Below, one piece after another: positions 1 to 10,305 of a stretch of DNA of 64,000 bases. The translations under genes were made by a program, and so were the position numbers. Source of the stretch: Bacteroidales bacterium (GTDB lineage Bacteria > Bacteroidota > Bacteroidia > Bacteroidales > JAUNSR01); contig JAVVPN010000004.1 in NCBI GenBank assembly GCA_036655755.1, positions 5,143 through 69,142 of the forward strand, read 5' to 3'. Within the stretch, counting starts at the first letter, position 1, and every line of letters starts with the position of its first letter. The notes beneath the pieces were generated by a model. That model worked only from the letters and a program-made list of their open reading frames with translations, was not told where the DNA came from and ran no database searches.

Positions 1-2049
1 ATCGATTACGGCTCGTTTGAGGTCTTTGTTGCCATATTCTGTATACTCTTCGTTAATGATAGAGTAGGGCACGATTTCGAAGAATCCCGGACGATTGATC
101 GAGCGGAAATAAGAGGTGCGCAGATTCATCGTTTCTACCGGATTGTATTTCACGGATAGCGAGGGGAGATAATCAACGTATTTCTGAGCACTTTCGGGCT
201 CTTCGCTTGCCAAAGGGAAAGCCATCGTGTAGGATTGGGATGTATGCTCTACGCGTAATCCTCCGATCACATTCCAGCGTGAACGCTCGAATGTTCCCAT
301 CAGGTAGCCGGCTGCGATATTTTCGCCTGCATCGTAGTTGAGCGGGCCCACGCTCCCTTTCGGGGTAGATACTTTCCATTCGATTTGGCTGATATCGTTG
401 AAATCGGTTCCCTGTACCGGGCGGGTGGTGCTGGCCGGAGTGAAACGATAAACCGTATAGGTATTGGTACGCTCTTTATTGCGGTACATCCCTCCGGCTT
501 TCATCGTGAGATTGCCTTTGTCGAATGCGTGTTTGTATTTCATATTCAAATAGCCGGTCAGGTCGTGGTCGGTGTTCTTTTCCCAACGGCGTTCGCTGTT
601 ATCGGCTGTGATATAGTCTTCGAAATTGGTCCGGTTGTTCTCCAGATTTATATAAGTGGCATCCGGGCGGTTGTTGGTCGCGAACGAGTAGACGCCCGAC
701 CAGTCGATGTGCCAGTTGCGTGCGATCGAGTGTTCGCCCTGCAGCGTGGATGCGAAGATTTGTTGTTTTGTAAAGCGGGTACGCGTCTGAATATTATCGA
801 GTGTATTGCCTGCCTCCGGATTATAGTTGAGCGACAGGTTGGTGGTGATGCCTTCGCGCACCTGGGTATTCTGATTCCCCACGATTGAATTGCACCATTC
901 GATTTTGTGAGCGGGATTGATGCGGTAATCGATCTTGCCGTGTACGCCATACTGCATCTGGTTTTCAGAATAAGTACGGTTGCTCATCGAGGTTAGGCGC
1001 ACGGAGGTTTCTGTCTGCGACATTACGTCGTTGAAAAACAGCGAGCGCGTATGTTTGTTGCGGTTTTGGTAACTACCTGAAAGCACTACTCCAAGGCGGT
1101 TATTGAAGAAACGATCCCCGTACATGAATCCGCCGATCAGGTCGGGCAGTGCGCGGTGTGATGATATGCGTGTTGAGCCGGTTTTGAAATCGGCCATCGT
1201 TGCGGTATGGTCGGGACCGTAAATGTCGCGTGGTGCGTTTTGTGTAAGATCATTTTTTTTGAAGGTTGCCAATTTGTGGTCGATCAGCTCTGAGTTGTAG
1301 CCGGTCGAAAGATTAGCCTGCAGGGTAGTACGCGCAGGTGCGTCTTTCATGACAAGGTTGATGGCGCCCCCCGTACCGTCGCCTTCCATATCGGGAGTAA
1401 GCGATTTCGATACTTCCAGCCGGTCGAGCAGTTCGCCCGGAAAAATATTTAAAGGTACATAACGGTTTTTATTGTCGGGGCTGGGAATTTTTACTCCGTT
1501 GACCAATGTGTAGTTATAACGTTTGTCCATTCCACGTAATACGGCGTATTCGCCATCCCCTGAGCTGCCTTTGTCGATGGTAACCCCCGATACGCGTTGC
1601 AGGATATTGGATACATTGATGTCGGGCGACGATTCGATGCTGCGTGCGCTCACGATATTCAACACGGTCTGGGCTTGTTTCTCAAGGAAGCGTGCGCCTA
1701 TTTCATTGTTGCGGACGGCCTGTGCGGTTACTTCTACCGTATTGAGTTCGATAGCGGTCTGGCTCAATAAGATTTCGAGTGTAGATCCGGCCTGTACGGT
1801 GAGTAATGTGGGCGAATAGCCGATATAACCACATTCAAGAGTTACTTTCTTGTCGGCGATGCCATGCAATACGAAAGTGCCGTCGAGGCCGGTTATCGTA
1901 CCTTTTCCGGTTTGATCTTTGATGGAGATGGTCGCTCCGATCAGTTCTTCTTTTGTATGACGATCTTTTACGACTCCTTTAATTGTATAGGAGGCTATCG
2001 CCTGTAATGAAAAGGTTAAAAACAAGAATGCGATCTGAAAATGTTTCAT
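1..2049 (-). CDS. TonB-dependent outer-membrane receptor, N-terminal 683 codons (C-terminus lies beyond the window start)
   Basis: My own translation of the minus strand from the ATG at 2049 gives MKHFQIAFLFLTFSLQAIASYTIKGVVKD. That is a signal peptide followed by a carboxypeptidase-regulatory-like domain, then plug-type motifs (ILQRVSGV, YAVLRGMDKRYN) and Y/G/N-rich barrel sequence. The frame stays open to base 1, which is why it is absent from the ORF track. Confidence 0.85.
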   Translation of the reverse strand, partial: MKHFQIAFLFLTFSLQAIASYTIKGVVKDRHTKEELIGATISIKDQTGKGTITGLDGTFVLHGIADKKVTLECGYIGYSPTLLTVQAGSTLEILLSQTAIELNTVEVTAQAVRNNEIGARFLEKQAQTVLNIVSARSIESSPDINVSNILQRVSGVTIDKGSSGDGEYAVLRGMDKRYNYTLVNGVKIPSPDNKNRYVPLNIFPGELLDRLEVSKSLTPDMEGDGTGGAINLVMKDAPARTTLQANLSTGYNSELIDHKLATFKKNDLTQNAPRDIYGPDHTATMADFKTGSTRISSHRALPDLIGGFMYGDRFFNNRLGVVLSGSYQNRNKHTRSLFFNDVMSQTETSVRLTSMSNRTYSENQMQYGVHGKIDYRINPAHKIEWCNSIVGNQNTQVREGITTNLSLNYNPEAGNTLDNIQTRTRFTKQQIFASTLQGEHSIARNWHIDWSGVYSFATNNRPDATYINLENNRTNFEDYITADNSERRWEKNTDHDLTGYLNMKYKHAFDKGNLTMKAGGMYRNKERTNTYTVYRFTPASTTRPVQGTDFNDISQIEWKVSTPKGSVGPLNYDAGENIAAGYLMGTFERSRWNVIGGLRVEHTSQSYTMAFPLASEEPESAQKYVDYLPSLSVKYNPVETMNLRTSYFRSINRPGFFEIVPYSIINEEYTEYGNKDLKRAVID

Positions 2050-2319
2050 TGAATGAGTTGATGTTTTTTTGACATCGCAAAGTAACTCTCTCGGTATTTC
2101 AAAAGGATTAAGCTGATATTTAGATAATATTTCTAAAATATTAAGAAGTTGTTTCAAAATAAATGTTGCGTCTCCGCCCTGCCTGAGTGTAAAAGTGTTT
2201 CATGATTTATGTACTTTTGTGGCAAATCAGAATTTAATCCGGATTTTGAGGATGTACCAAAAGATAGGGTGGCAAAGTCTGTGCCCGCTGTTGGGAAACG
2301 GGTATTATTTATATATTAT

Positions 2320-3444
2320 ATGATAAGAAGATTTTATTTGTTGTTGCTCCTTTCGTTGTTGGGAGGTTCTTTGAGTGCTCAAGATCGGGAAGAGATACGG
2401 GCAGTATGGCTAACGACCAATTATCAGTTAGACTGGCCTTCGGAAGCTGGTACGACAACGGCTGTAATCACCCGCCAGAAACAGGAAATGGTGCGCTTGC
2501 TCGATCGGTTGAAAGAGTGTGGCATCAATACGGTATTCTTTCAGACACGAATCAGGGGCGCTGTTTTTTATCATTCGGATATTGAGCCTCAGAGCAGATT
2601 TCTTACCGGAAAGACGGGTGAGGAAAGTGAATTCGATCCGCTTGCGTTTGTGTTGCAGGAGTGCCATCTGCGGCAGATGGAGTGTCATGCATGGATGGTG
2701 TGCATGCCTTTGGGTGGAAAGAAATATATCCGCCAGCATGGTTTGGAGAAATTTGTGGAAAGAAACAGCTCTTTTATAACGGTGCATCACGGTGAATATT
2801 TTCTGGAGCCGGCCGAGCCCCGGACTGCTGATTACCTTGCTTCGATTGCGGCGGAAATCGTAAAGAAATATGAGGTGGATGGGATTCATCTGGATTATAT
2901 CCGTTATCCGGAAAAGGCAGCCTCTTATCCGGATGCCAAAAGATATGCCCAGGCCGGTAAAAAGGGTACGCTTGCGCAATGGCGACGTGATAACATCACG
3001 CACATTGTCTATACGATTCATGACCGGATAAAGGCTGTACGCCCCGAAGTAGCGCTGAGTAGTGCTCCGCTTGGTCTTTATGATGGGCGTTTCGGGAAGC
3101 GTTATTACGGATGGAATGCGTTCGATGCCGGATTTCAGGAAGTGGAACGATGGTTGAAAGAGGATAAACATGATTTTATAGCCCCCATGATGTATTATAA
3201 GGGTGCGATGTTTTTCCCTTTTGTGGCTGATTGGTGCTTACGTAGCCATGGTAAACCTGTCATTCCGGGATTGGGTATTTATCGTTTGAATGAGCCCGGC
3301 GCGGGCTGGGATCTGAAAGAGATTGAGAAGCAGATTTGGTGGTCGCGGCGCATGGGCGCGGGCGGTTATGCATTGTTCAGAGTGCGTAATTTATTGGACG
3401 ATTATCCGGCACTTTTCTGGCGAATTCAATATCTGAATGACTAA
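2320..3444 (+). CDS. GHL10/DUF187-type glycoside-hydrolase-like protein (YngK-like)
   Basis: The ORF track gives 2209..3444. The internal Met at 2320 begins a signal peptide, MIRRFYLLLLLSLLGGSLSAQ. The motifs EIRAVWLTTNYQLDWP and DGIHLDYIRYP are typical of this TIM-barrel family. Confidence 0.7.
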   Translation: MIRRFYLLLLLSLLGGSLSAQDREEIRAVWLTTNYQLDWPSEAGTTTAVITRQKQEMVRLLDRLKECGINTVFFQTRIRGAVFYHSDIEPQSRFLTGKTGEESEFDPLAFVLQECHLRQMECHAWMVCMPLGGKKYIRQHGLEKFVERNSSFITVHHGEYFLEPAEPRTADYLASIAAEIVKKYEVDGIHLDYIRYPEKAASYPDAKRYAQAGKKGTLAQWRRDNITHIVYTIHDRIKAVRPEVALSSAPLGLYDGRFGKRYYGWNAFDAGFQEVERWLKEDKHDFIAPMMYYKGAMFFPFVADWCLRSHGKPVIPGLGIYRLNEPGAGWDLKEIEKQIWWSRRMGAGGYALFRVRNLLDDYPALFWRIQYLND

Positions 3445-3665
3445 ATAACAGCGAAAAAGTTACTTAATTTTGATTATTTACATAGTTTTATAAAAATCCC
3501 TACGTTTATACCTCTAAATGTATTAAGTTTGGGCGTTTTTTTGAAAACGATATTATATTTACATTAACAGATAGATGAGGAACCCGCATTAATAATTTCT
3601 ATTACCATAGACACGACCAATGCATGTTCCATACGATTTTATTGCAAAAAATAAATTGATTACGT

Positions 3666-4643
3666 ATGAGTTTATATCCTTTTAAGTTTGAGCCACTTCT
3701 TCGTCCAATGATCTGGGGAGGAAATGATATTTGTAAATTTAAGGAAATTACTCCTGTTGAGGCAGGAATCGGCGAAAGCTGGGAAATATCTGATTTTAAG
3801 GATAGTATGTCGGTAATTGCCAATGGTGAGTTGAAGGGGAAAAGCTTACAGGAAGTGATTGCTGAAAACGGAGCAGAGTTTATGGGTAAACATGTTTATG
3901 ACCGTTTTGGCAACCGCTTTCCATTGTTGGTGAAATTTATTGATGCCTGCAACGATCTTTCTATTCAGGTGCATCCGGATGATGAATTGGCCGGAGAGCG
4001 TCATCAGTCTTTTGGAAAGACAGAAATGTGGTATGTGATCAATGCAAGAGAGGGTGCCGGGCTTTATTCGGGATTTTCTTCTCAGATTACACCGGATGAA
4101 TATGTTGAACGTGTGAAAAACAACACATTCATGGATGTGTTAAAACGTTATGAGGTGAAGCCTAATGATGTGTTTTTCTTGCCTGCGGGGCGTGTGCATG
4201 CTATCGGAAGCGGATTGTTTGTTGCTGAGATTCAGCAGACGTCAGATGTAACCTACCGTATTTATGATTATAACCGTCTGGATAAGGAGGGTAATCGTCG
4301 TGAGTTGCATACAGACCTGGCTAAGGATGCAATCAATTACGAAGTATTGCCAAATTATCAGACCGAATATACACGTCAGGAAAATGTGCCGGTAGAATTG
4401 GTGGAATGTAAATATTTCCATACGAATTTGCTGGAGATTAATCAGCCGCTTGAACGTAAACTAAAACAGTTTGATTCATTTGTAATCTATATCTGCAGTG
4501 CCGGAAAAGGTATTATTGAAGACGCTGCCGGAAATAAAGTTGAAGTACGTAAAGGTGATTCGATTCTTATTCCTGCGTCATTGGCAGATATGACAATTTA
4601 TCCTGAGGGTAATCTGAACTTGTTGGAAGTATATATTCCTTGA
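3666..4643 (+). CDS. manA: Mannose-6-phosphate isomerase, class I
   Basis: The 325-aa protein carries the motifs MIWGG, LSIQVHPDD, KTEMWYV and GRVHAIGSG, which are characteristic of short type I PMI cupins. Confidence 0.85.
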   Translation: MSLYPFKFEPLLRPMIWGGNDICKFKEITPVEAGIGESWEISDFKDSMSVIANGELKGKSLQEVIAENGAEFMGKHVYDRFGNRFPLLVKFIDACNDLSIQVHPDDELAGERHQSFGKTEMWYVINAREGAGLYSGFSSQITPDEYVERVKNNTFMDVLKRYEVKPNDVFFLPAGRVHAIGSGLFVAEIQQTSDVTYRIYDYNRLDKEGNRRELHTDLAKDAINYEVLPNYQTEYTRQENVPVELVECKYFHTNLLEINQPLERKLKQFDSFVIYICSAGKGIIEDAAGNKVEVRKGDSILIPASLADMTIYPEGNLNLLEVYIP

Positions 4644-4661
4644 GATAAAGGTTGAATGAAT

Positions 4662-4716
4662 AAAAAATATCCGCTCCTGCTTCCTTATAAAGGAAATAGG
4701 AGCGGATATTTTTATT
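4662..4716. terminator. Bidirectional intrinsic terminator between convergent manA and malQ
   Basis: A long hairpin, ATATCCGCTCCTGCTTCCTT-ATAA-AGGAAATAGGAGCGGATAT, is flanked by an A-run upstream and a T-run downstream. Confidence 0.8.
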
Positions 4717-7392
4717 TTATCGTCCGGATTTGATAATCAGGTCTTTCATCTTTTGATTGAATGCGTCGGCTTGCATCAGTTCGTCGATAGACAGGTGCAT
4801 CCGGTAGCGCCAGTAGTGGCGGGAGATAGCCGGCACATTGATACGCTCTTCGTGTGGATTATCGCGACGTAGATTTTCATCCATCGAAAGCCAGTCCTGA
4901 ATCGGCAGAATCGTAAACATAGCCGGCGATTGCAGGTGTTGGTTGATAATCGATTCGCAGATAGTCCCTGTGCAGGTATCGGGAGCCTGTCCCTCGCCGT
5001 GCAGTTGTTCGTGATAATAGCGTTGGCTGAGCTGTCTGTTTTCTTCCCACCATTCGCGTAAAGTGCTCATGTCGTGTGTCGAGGTGGTGCATACCGATAA
5101 ATAAGGGTATTCTTTGGGATCGTCGAATGATAAACCCTGTTTTTTAGGCATGCGCTGAATCTCAAGACTGAGTATGCGGAGCTCTTCCAATACCTCGGCT
5201 ACTCCGGCCGGTATCATGCCCAGATCTTCGGCACAAGCCAGCATGGGCGTGGCATTCAGTAAGGGAGGCAATTTTTCAAGAGCTTCATGACACCAGTATT
5301 TATTGTTACGTTCATAAAAGAACTGATTGTAGAGGCGGTTGTAAGCATTTTTTTGCGACGGATCGAGTGCTTCATATGCCTTGGTTTCCTGTGCGGCGAT
5401 ACGGGGATGATATTTGCCTTTTTGTTTTCTGTCTTCCAGAAACAATACTTCACCAACAAGACGAAGCAATCCGTCGCGAATGTGCAACGTCTTTTCGTCA
5501 GTCAGATCATTGAAGTTGCTCTCAATTTCACGCTGCGTATCGTATTCTTTTTTTAATGCATAGCTTTCCCATCCGGTTGATTCGAGAAAACTCTCTTTTA
5601 CCTCTTGTGTGTTTTCGCCGAATAATTCCTGTAGGAAATATTCACGGATATACGGATTGCATACTCTGTCTTCCTCGAAGTTGAATCCGAACGCACGTAT
5701 TTCGTCTGCGGTAAATGGCAGTGCGGGGTTGAAATGGCCCAAGAGTCCTTGTGTGGCTTTGAACGGAATTTCCCAGATACGGAAAAAACCGAGAATGTGA
5801 TCAATGCGGTAAGCATCGAAATAATCGGCCATTTTAGTAAAGCGCTTTTTCCACCAGTCATAGTGATCCTCTTTCATCAGTTCCCAGTTATAGGTAGGGA
5901 ATCCCCAATTCTGCCCGTTTTTTGAGAAATCATCGGGTGGAGCTCCCGCCTGGCTATCCATATGGAAAAGGGCCGGGTTGACCCAGGCATCTGCACTGGT
6001 ACGGCTGATTCCGATAGGAATGTCTCCTTTTAAAATGATTCCTTTTTCACGGGCATAGGCCGACACTTTACTTAGTTGCTGGTCGAGCAGGTATTGTACG
6101 AATTGATAAAAGGCCAGTTCGGTATATTCTTCCGATTCAGGATGGTTCATTCGTTCTACTTCTGCTGCATCATATGTGCTACAAGTGCTCCACCAATGAA
6201 AATAGGGGGTTTTATGTTTATCTCGTAAATAAGAGAAGGCCGAATAGGGTAGTAGCCACTCTTTATTGTTCTCAAAGAATCTCTTGAACGAATCGGAAGC
6301 CAGGGTTTCTGTTCCTTTTTCTTCAAACAGTTTCCGCAGATATGCCCATTTGCCTTCGGTTACTTTTTCATAATCAATATCCGACAGTTTGTTGAGACGC
6401 TTTAATTCTTTTCTGTAATCGTCCATTTTTTCTTTATCCTGCAAAATGCCCGCTTCTTCCAGGCGGATATATGCCGGATGAAGGGCGAAGATTGAGTTGG
6501 CATTATAGGGGTAGGAGTCGTGCCATGTGTGTGTCATGGTTGTGTCGTTTACCGGCAGGATCTGAATGATTTTCTGGCCTGTTTGTACAGCCCAGTCAAT
6601 CAGGGGGATGAGGTCTGAAAATTCTCCAATTCCGTACCCTTTCTCCGAGCGTAGCGAAAACACAGGAATAGCTACCCCGGCTCCTTTCCAGTTGAGTTTT
6701 GGTCTTCTGAAATGGAATCCATCAGCCAAAAGAGTTCCTGTTTCGTTTTGAAGGCAATCTGGTATGATGTGGTCGGAACCTTCTTCCCATACGATATTTT
6801 GGCGATTACTTTCTTCTGTGCTGATGAATTTGAAATGAAATGGAAGCTGAATCTCCTTGCGGTCGAATGTTATCTCCCATTCATCCGGACGGATGCGGTA
6901 CATCGCGGGTGCTTTCTGTGGATCCCAGTTGCCGCTTATCGTATTGTTTCCACTTAATAGCAAGAGTTGGTGGGCCGAACATTCGGGCGCATAACAGCGA
7001 ATAACTAGTGTATCGGTTTTTAATGCTGGTTCTGCAGTTGCATTTTCGTGTTTAAACACACATTTGGTGAAAGCCGAGGAGTAAAAGGGCTGGTCGACCG
7101 GGAAGTTTTGCCAATGGTCAAAAATAATCAGGCGGGGAGTCTTGATATTCTCCAGGCTATGGATTCGACCATACTCTTGATTGTCGTCTTTACCATTTTC
7201 ACGTATCAGATATCGGTATGTAAAAGCAGCGTCTTCCGGAATCGTGGCTTCAAGTTGCCAGATTCCGTTTGTAAGGTATTCAAGTGGGAGTGCTTGTTCG
7301 GGTTGGTTTTCTCCCAGTTGGGGAAGCGAACCGATGATCCATACGCTTTGTCCCCATTGTGTATGATATTCAAGGTTGAATTGTATTGTCAT
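4717..7392 (-). CDS. malQ: 4-alpha-glucanotransferase (GH77) with N-terminal CBM20-like starch-binding modules
   Basis: The 891-aa protein has an N-terminus (FNLEYHTQWGQSVWIIGSLPQLG) that looks like CBM20. The GH77 core shows YRIDHILGFFRIWEIP and CAEDLGMIP. Confidence 0.9.
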   Translation of the reverse strand: MTIQFNLEYHTQWGQSVWIIGSLPQLGENQPEQALPLEYLTNGIWQLEATIPEDAAFTYRYLIRENGKDDNQEYGRIHSLENIKTPRLIIFDHWQNFPVDQPFYSSAFTKCVFKHENATAEPALKTDTLVIRCYAPECSAHQLLLLSGNNTISGNWDPQKAPAMYRIRPDEWEITFDRKEIQLPFHFKFISTEESNRQNIVWEEGSDHIIPDCLQNETGTLLADGFHFRRPKLNWKGAGVAIPVFSLRSEKGYGIGEFSDLIPLIDWAVQTGQKIIQILPVNDTTMTHTWHDSYPYNANSIFALHPAYIRLEEAGILQDKEKMDDYRKELKRLNKLSDIDYEKVTEGKWAYLRKLFEEKGTETLASDSFKRFFENNKEWLLPYSAFSYLRDKHKTPYFHWWSTCSTYDAAEVERMNHPESEEYTELAFYQFVQYLLDQQLSKVSAYAREKGIILKGDIPIGISRTSADAWVNPALFHMDSQAGAPPDDFSKNGQNWGFPTYNWELMKEDHYDWWKKRFTKMADYFDAYRIDHILGFFRIWEIPFKATQGLLGHFNPALPFTADEIRAFGFNFEEDRVCNPYIREYFLQELFGENTQEVKESFLESTGWESYALKKEYDTQREIESNFNDLTDEKTLHIRDGLLRLVGEVLFLEDRKQKGKYHPRIAAQETKAYEALDPSQKNAYNRLYNQFFYERNNKYWCHEALEKLPPLLNATPMLACAEDLGMIPAGVAEVLEELRILSLEIQRMPKKQGLSFDDPKEYPYLSVCTTSTHDMSTLREWWEENRQLSQRYYHEQLHGEGQAPDTCTGTICESIINQHLQSPAMFTILPIQDWLSMDENLRRDNPHEERINVPAISRHYWRYRMHLSIDELMQADAFNQKMKDLIIKSGR

Positions 7393-7445
7393 ATTGTTGA
7401 GTATTAGATAAGAGAGCGGGATATCGCGAAAAAGCGCCCTTAAAA

Positions 7446-7453
7446 CAAACTTA
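7446..7453 (-). promoter_or_regulatory. Bacteroidetes-type -7 box (TAAGTTTG) upstream of malQ
   Basis: The minus strand reads TAAGTTTG, an exact match to TAnnTTTG, 54 nt upstream of the malQ ATG. Confidence 0.4.
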
Positions 7454-7498
7454 CAAAATTTTATATAAATACATGGGTTCTTGCGCTTAAGTTCATCA

Positions 7499-7535
7499 TA
7501 AAAAAAGCTGTCTTTCGCATTTAACGAAAGACAGC
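7499..7535 (-). terminator. Intrinsic terminator of nrdJ
   Basis: The minus strand reads GCTGTCTTTCG-TTAAATG-CGAAAGACAGC followed by a T-run, directly after the nrdJ stop codon. Confidence 0.8.
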
Positions 7536-7563
7536 CCGGGGCGTATGTATAAGATGAATTCTG

Positions 7564-10089
7564 TTATCCGCAGCGAGAAGTGCCGCAAGATGTACAAATA
7601 AGGCACCCTTCTTGATAAATCAACGTTTCCTGTCCACAGTTCGGACAAGTCTGACCGTTGGCTTTGGTGCCGTTAGGTAAGTATTTTTTCAAGGCGCGTT
7701 CTACGCCGTTTTTCCAAGTGTTGATCGATTCGCTATCGAGCTCCAGTCCTGAAATCAATTTTAAAACCTGATCCATCGGCATCCGGTAGCGGAGTACACC
7801 CGAAATCAGTTTCGCATAATTCCAGTATTCAGGATTGAATTTGTCAGATAATCCTTCAATCGTTGTTTTGTAGCCGCGTTTATTCACATATTGGAAATCG
7901 TAACGTTTGTTTCCTTCAGCATCTACGGCTTTGATGATTTTCCCTTTTGTTACGTTTTTCGGAATCAATATTCCGTCTTCATCGTCGGCAAGACCGGTGA
8001 AGATTTCGTATGGCATACCATCTTTCAAACCGATAAAAGCAATCCATTTCTCACGATTGTTCTGAAATTTAACAACGTCAGCTTCCAGTTCGATTGGTCG
8101 TTTTACCGTGATTGGCGGAAGTTCCGGTTTTTTCTCCTCTTTTTTCGTCGAGATCAATACTCCCGAGCGAGAGCCGTCGCGATATACGGTACATCCTTTA
8201 CAACCGCTTTTCCATGCTTCTACATAAAGCTGGTTTACTAAATCCTCCGATACGTCATTTGGCAGATTGATGGTTACACTGATAGAATGGTCTACCCATT
8301 GCTGGATGCGTCCCTGCATACGTACTTTTTGTAGCCAGTCAACGTCGTTGGAAGTTGCTTTGTAATAAGGAGACCGGGTAATTAGGTCTTCTATTTCCTC
8401 TTGTGTGTAATGGTCGTGTACCGGGATATTGTTCATTTCCATCCATGTGATGAACTTGTGGTGGAAAACCACATATTCTTCAAATGCATCTCCCACTTCG
8501 TCAACAAAATCGATGCGAACCTGAGGGTCATTCGGGTTTACTTTACGGCGACGTTTGTAAACAGGCATGAATACCGGCTCAATACCGGAGGTGGTTTGAG
8601 TCATCAGGCTGGTTGTTCCGGTAGGAGCAATCGTCAGACATGCGATGTTACGGCGTCCGTACTGAATCATCTTTTCGTAAAGCGCAGGATCAGCTTCACG
8701 CAAACGGTTGATAAACGGATTGTTTTCCTCCCGTTGCGTATCGTATATTTCAAAGGCACCACGCTCTTTCGCCAGTTCTACCGACGAGCCGTAGGCTGCC
8801 AAAGCTAACGTTTTATGTACACTCTCTGAAAAATCAGTCGCCTTCTCTGTTCCGTAACGTAAACCGAGTGCTGCAAGCATATCTCCTTCGGCTGTAGTTC
8901 CTACGCCGGTACGACGTCCTTGCAAGGTACGGCGTTTGATTTTCTCCCAAAGATGGATTTCTGTGCTTTTAACCTCTTCTGATTCCGGGTCTGCATGGAT
9001 TTTATCAAGAATCTTTTCGATTTTCTCCATTTCCAGGTCGATAATATCGTCCATGATGCGTTGAGCAAGAGCTACATGCTTTTTGAACAGGTCGAAATTG
9101 AACGAGGCTTCCGGTGTAAACGGATTTTCCACATATGAATACAGATTGATAGCCAGTAATCGGCAGCTATCGTAAGGGCATAATGGAATTTCCCCGCAAG
9201 GATTGGTTGATACCGTACGGAAACCAAGGTCTGCGTAGCAATCCGGCACCGATTCACGGAGGATGGTGTCCCAGAATAATACTCCCGGTTCAGCCGATTT
9301 CCATGCATTATGAACGATTTTCTGCCACAAAGCTTTTGCTTCTACCTCTTTAGTAAAGGCAGGAGTGTCTGAATCAATCGGAAATTTTTGTTCGTATTTC
9401 TTTCCGCTTACAGCTGCGCGCATAAAATCGTCATCCAATTTTACCGATACGTTTGCTCCGGTAACTTTGCCTTCCGTCATTTTAGCGTCGATGAATGATT
9501 CAGAATCCGGATGTTTGATGGATACCGACAGCATTAGCGCGCCGCGGCGTCCATCCTGTGCTACTTCACGGGTGGAGTTCGAATAGCGTTCCATAAACGG
9601 AACCAGTCCGGTTGAAGTAAGCGCAGAGTTTTTAACCGGCGATCCCGAAGGACGGATATGGGAAAGGTCGTGTCCGACCCCGCCTCGGCGTTTCATCAGT
9701 TGTACCTGCTCTTCATCTATACGGATAATACCTCCATAAGAATCCGCTTTGCCATCTAGTCCGATTACAAAGCAATTCGAAAGCGACGCAATCTGGTAAT
9801 TGTTGCCAATTCCCGTCATCGGGCTCCCTTGTGGGACAATATATTTGAAATGATCCAACAATCCGGTCAGCTCTTCTTTGCTAAGCGGATTCGGGTAATT
9901 CTGTTCGATACGTGCCAGTTCAGATGCAATTCGATCATGCATCATTGCTGGTGAATTTTCGTAAATATTACCAAAAGAGTCTTTAAGTGCGTATTTATTA
10001 ACCCATACGCGCGCTGCCAGTTCATCGCCTTTAAAATATTTCAGCGACTCGTCAAATGCTTCGTTGTAACTAAATGTTTTTGGTTCCAC
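7564..10089 (-). CDS. nrdJ: Adenosylcobalamin-dependent (class II) ribonucleotide reductase with C-terminal Cys-rich zinc-finger tail
   Basis: The 841-aa protein contains RNR barrel motifs (SNCFV, NPCGEIPL, TIAPTGT). It ends in CPNCGQETLIYQEGCLICTSCGTSRCG. Confidence 0.9.
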   Translation of the reverse strand: MEPKTFSYNEAFDESLKYFKGDELAARVWVNKYALKDSFGNIYENSPAMMHDRIASELARIEQNYPNPLSKEELTGLLDHFKYIVPQGSPMTGIGNNYQIASLSNCFVIGLDGKADSYGGIIRIDEEQVQLMKRRGGVGHDLSHIRPSGSPVKNSALTSTGLVPFMERYSNSTREVAQDGRRGALMLSVSIKHPDSESFIDAKMTEGKVTGANVSVKLDDDFMRAAVSGKKYEQKFPIDSDTPAFTKEVEAKALWQKIVHNAWKSAEPGVLFWDTILRESVPDCYADLGFRTVSTNPCGEIPLCPYDSCRLLAINLYSYVENPFTPEASFNFDLFKKHVALAQRIMDDIIDLEMEKIEKILDKIHADPESEEVKSTEIHLWEKIKRRTLQGRRTGVGTTAEGDMLAALGLRYGTEKATDFSESVHKTLALAAYGSSVELAKERGAFEIYDTQREENNPFINRLREADPALYEKMIQYGRRNIACLTIAPTGTTSLMTQTTSGIEPVFMPVYKRRRKVNPNDPQVRIDFVDEVGDAFEEYVVFHHKFITWMEMNNIPVHDHYTQEEIEDLITRSPYYKATSNDVDWLQKVRMQGRIQQWVDHSISVTINLPNDVSEDLVNQLYVEAWKSGCKGCTVYRDGSRSGVLISTKKEEKKPELPPITVKRPIELEADVVKFQNNREKWIAFIGLKDGMPYEIFTGLADDEDGILIPKNVTKGKIIKAVDAEGNKRYDFQYVNKRGYKTTIEGLSDKFNPEYWNYAKLISGVLRYRMPMDQVLKLISGLELDSESINTWKNGVERALKKYLPNGTKANGQTCPNCGQETLIYQEGCLICTSCGTSRCG

Positions 10090-10224
10090 TATGCTTTATT
10101 TTGATAAGTTGAGGTATATTGTTCGTGAGATTAGATTCTAAGGTTACTGTTGAAAAATTTGGTGATACAATGTTAGGTAGAATATTTATACTGAACAAAT
10201 TTTGCAAACTAAAAAACATTGTAA

Positions 10225-10241
10225 TGTTGAAAAGTTTTCCA
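10225..10241. repeat. 17-bp direct repeat, copy 1 (TGTTGAAAAGTTTTCCA) containing the GAAAA-N-TTTTC inverted repeat
   Basis: This copy is identical at 17 of 17 positions to 10289..10305. It lies in the divergent nrdJ/nitroreductase intergenic region. Confidence 0.8.
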
Positions 10242-10288
10242 TTTTAAAAATTAAGTATCTTAAGATTAGGTGTTTGCGATTTTTAAGC

Positions 10289-10305
10289 TGTTGAAAAGTT
10301 TTCCA
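10289..10305. repeat. 17-bp direct repeat, copy 2 (TGTTGAAAAGTTTTCCA)
   Basis: This copy is identical to 10225..10241, 64 bp away. A partial third copy, TGTTGAAAAATTT, lies at 10148..10160. Confidence 0.8.

Noticed and set aside
7564-7650. The Cys-rich C-terminal tail of NrdJ as a novel feature.
   Set aside because: A CxxC...CxxC zinc-finger tail is an established feature of many class II ribonucleotide reductases. I note it as evidence for the call rather than as a novelty.
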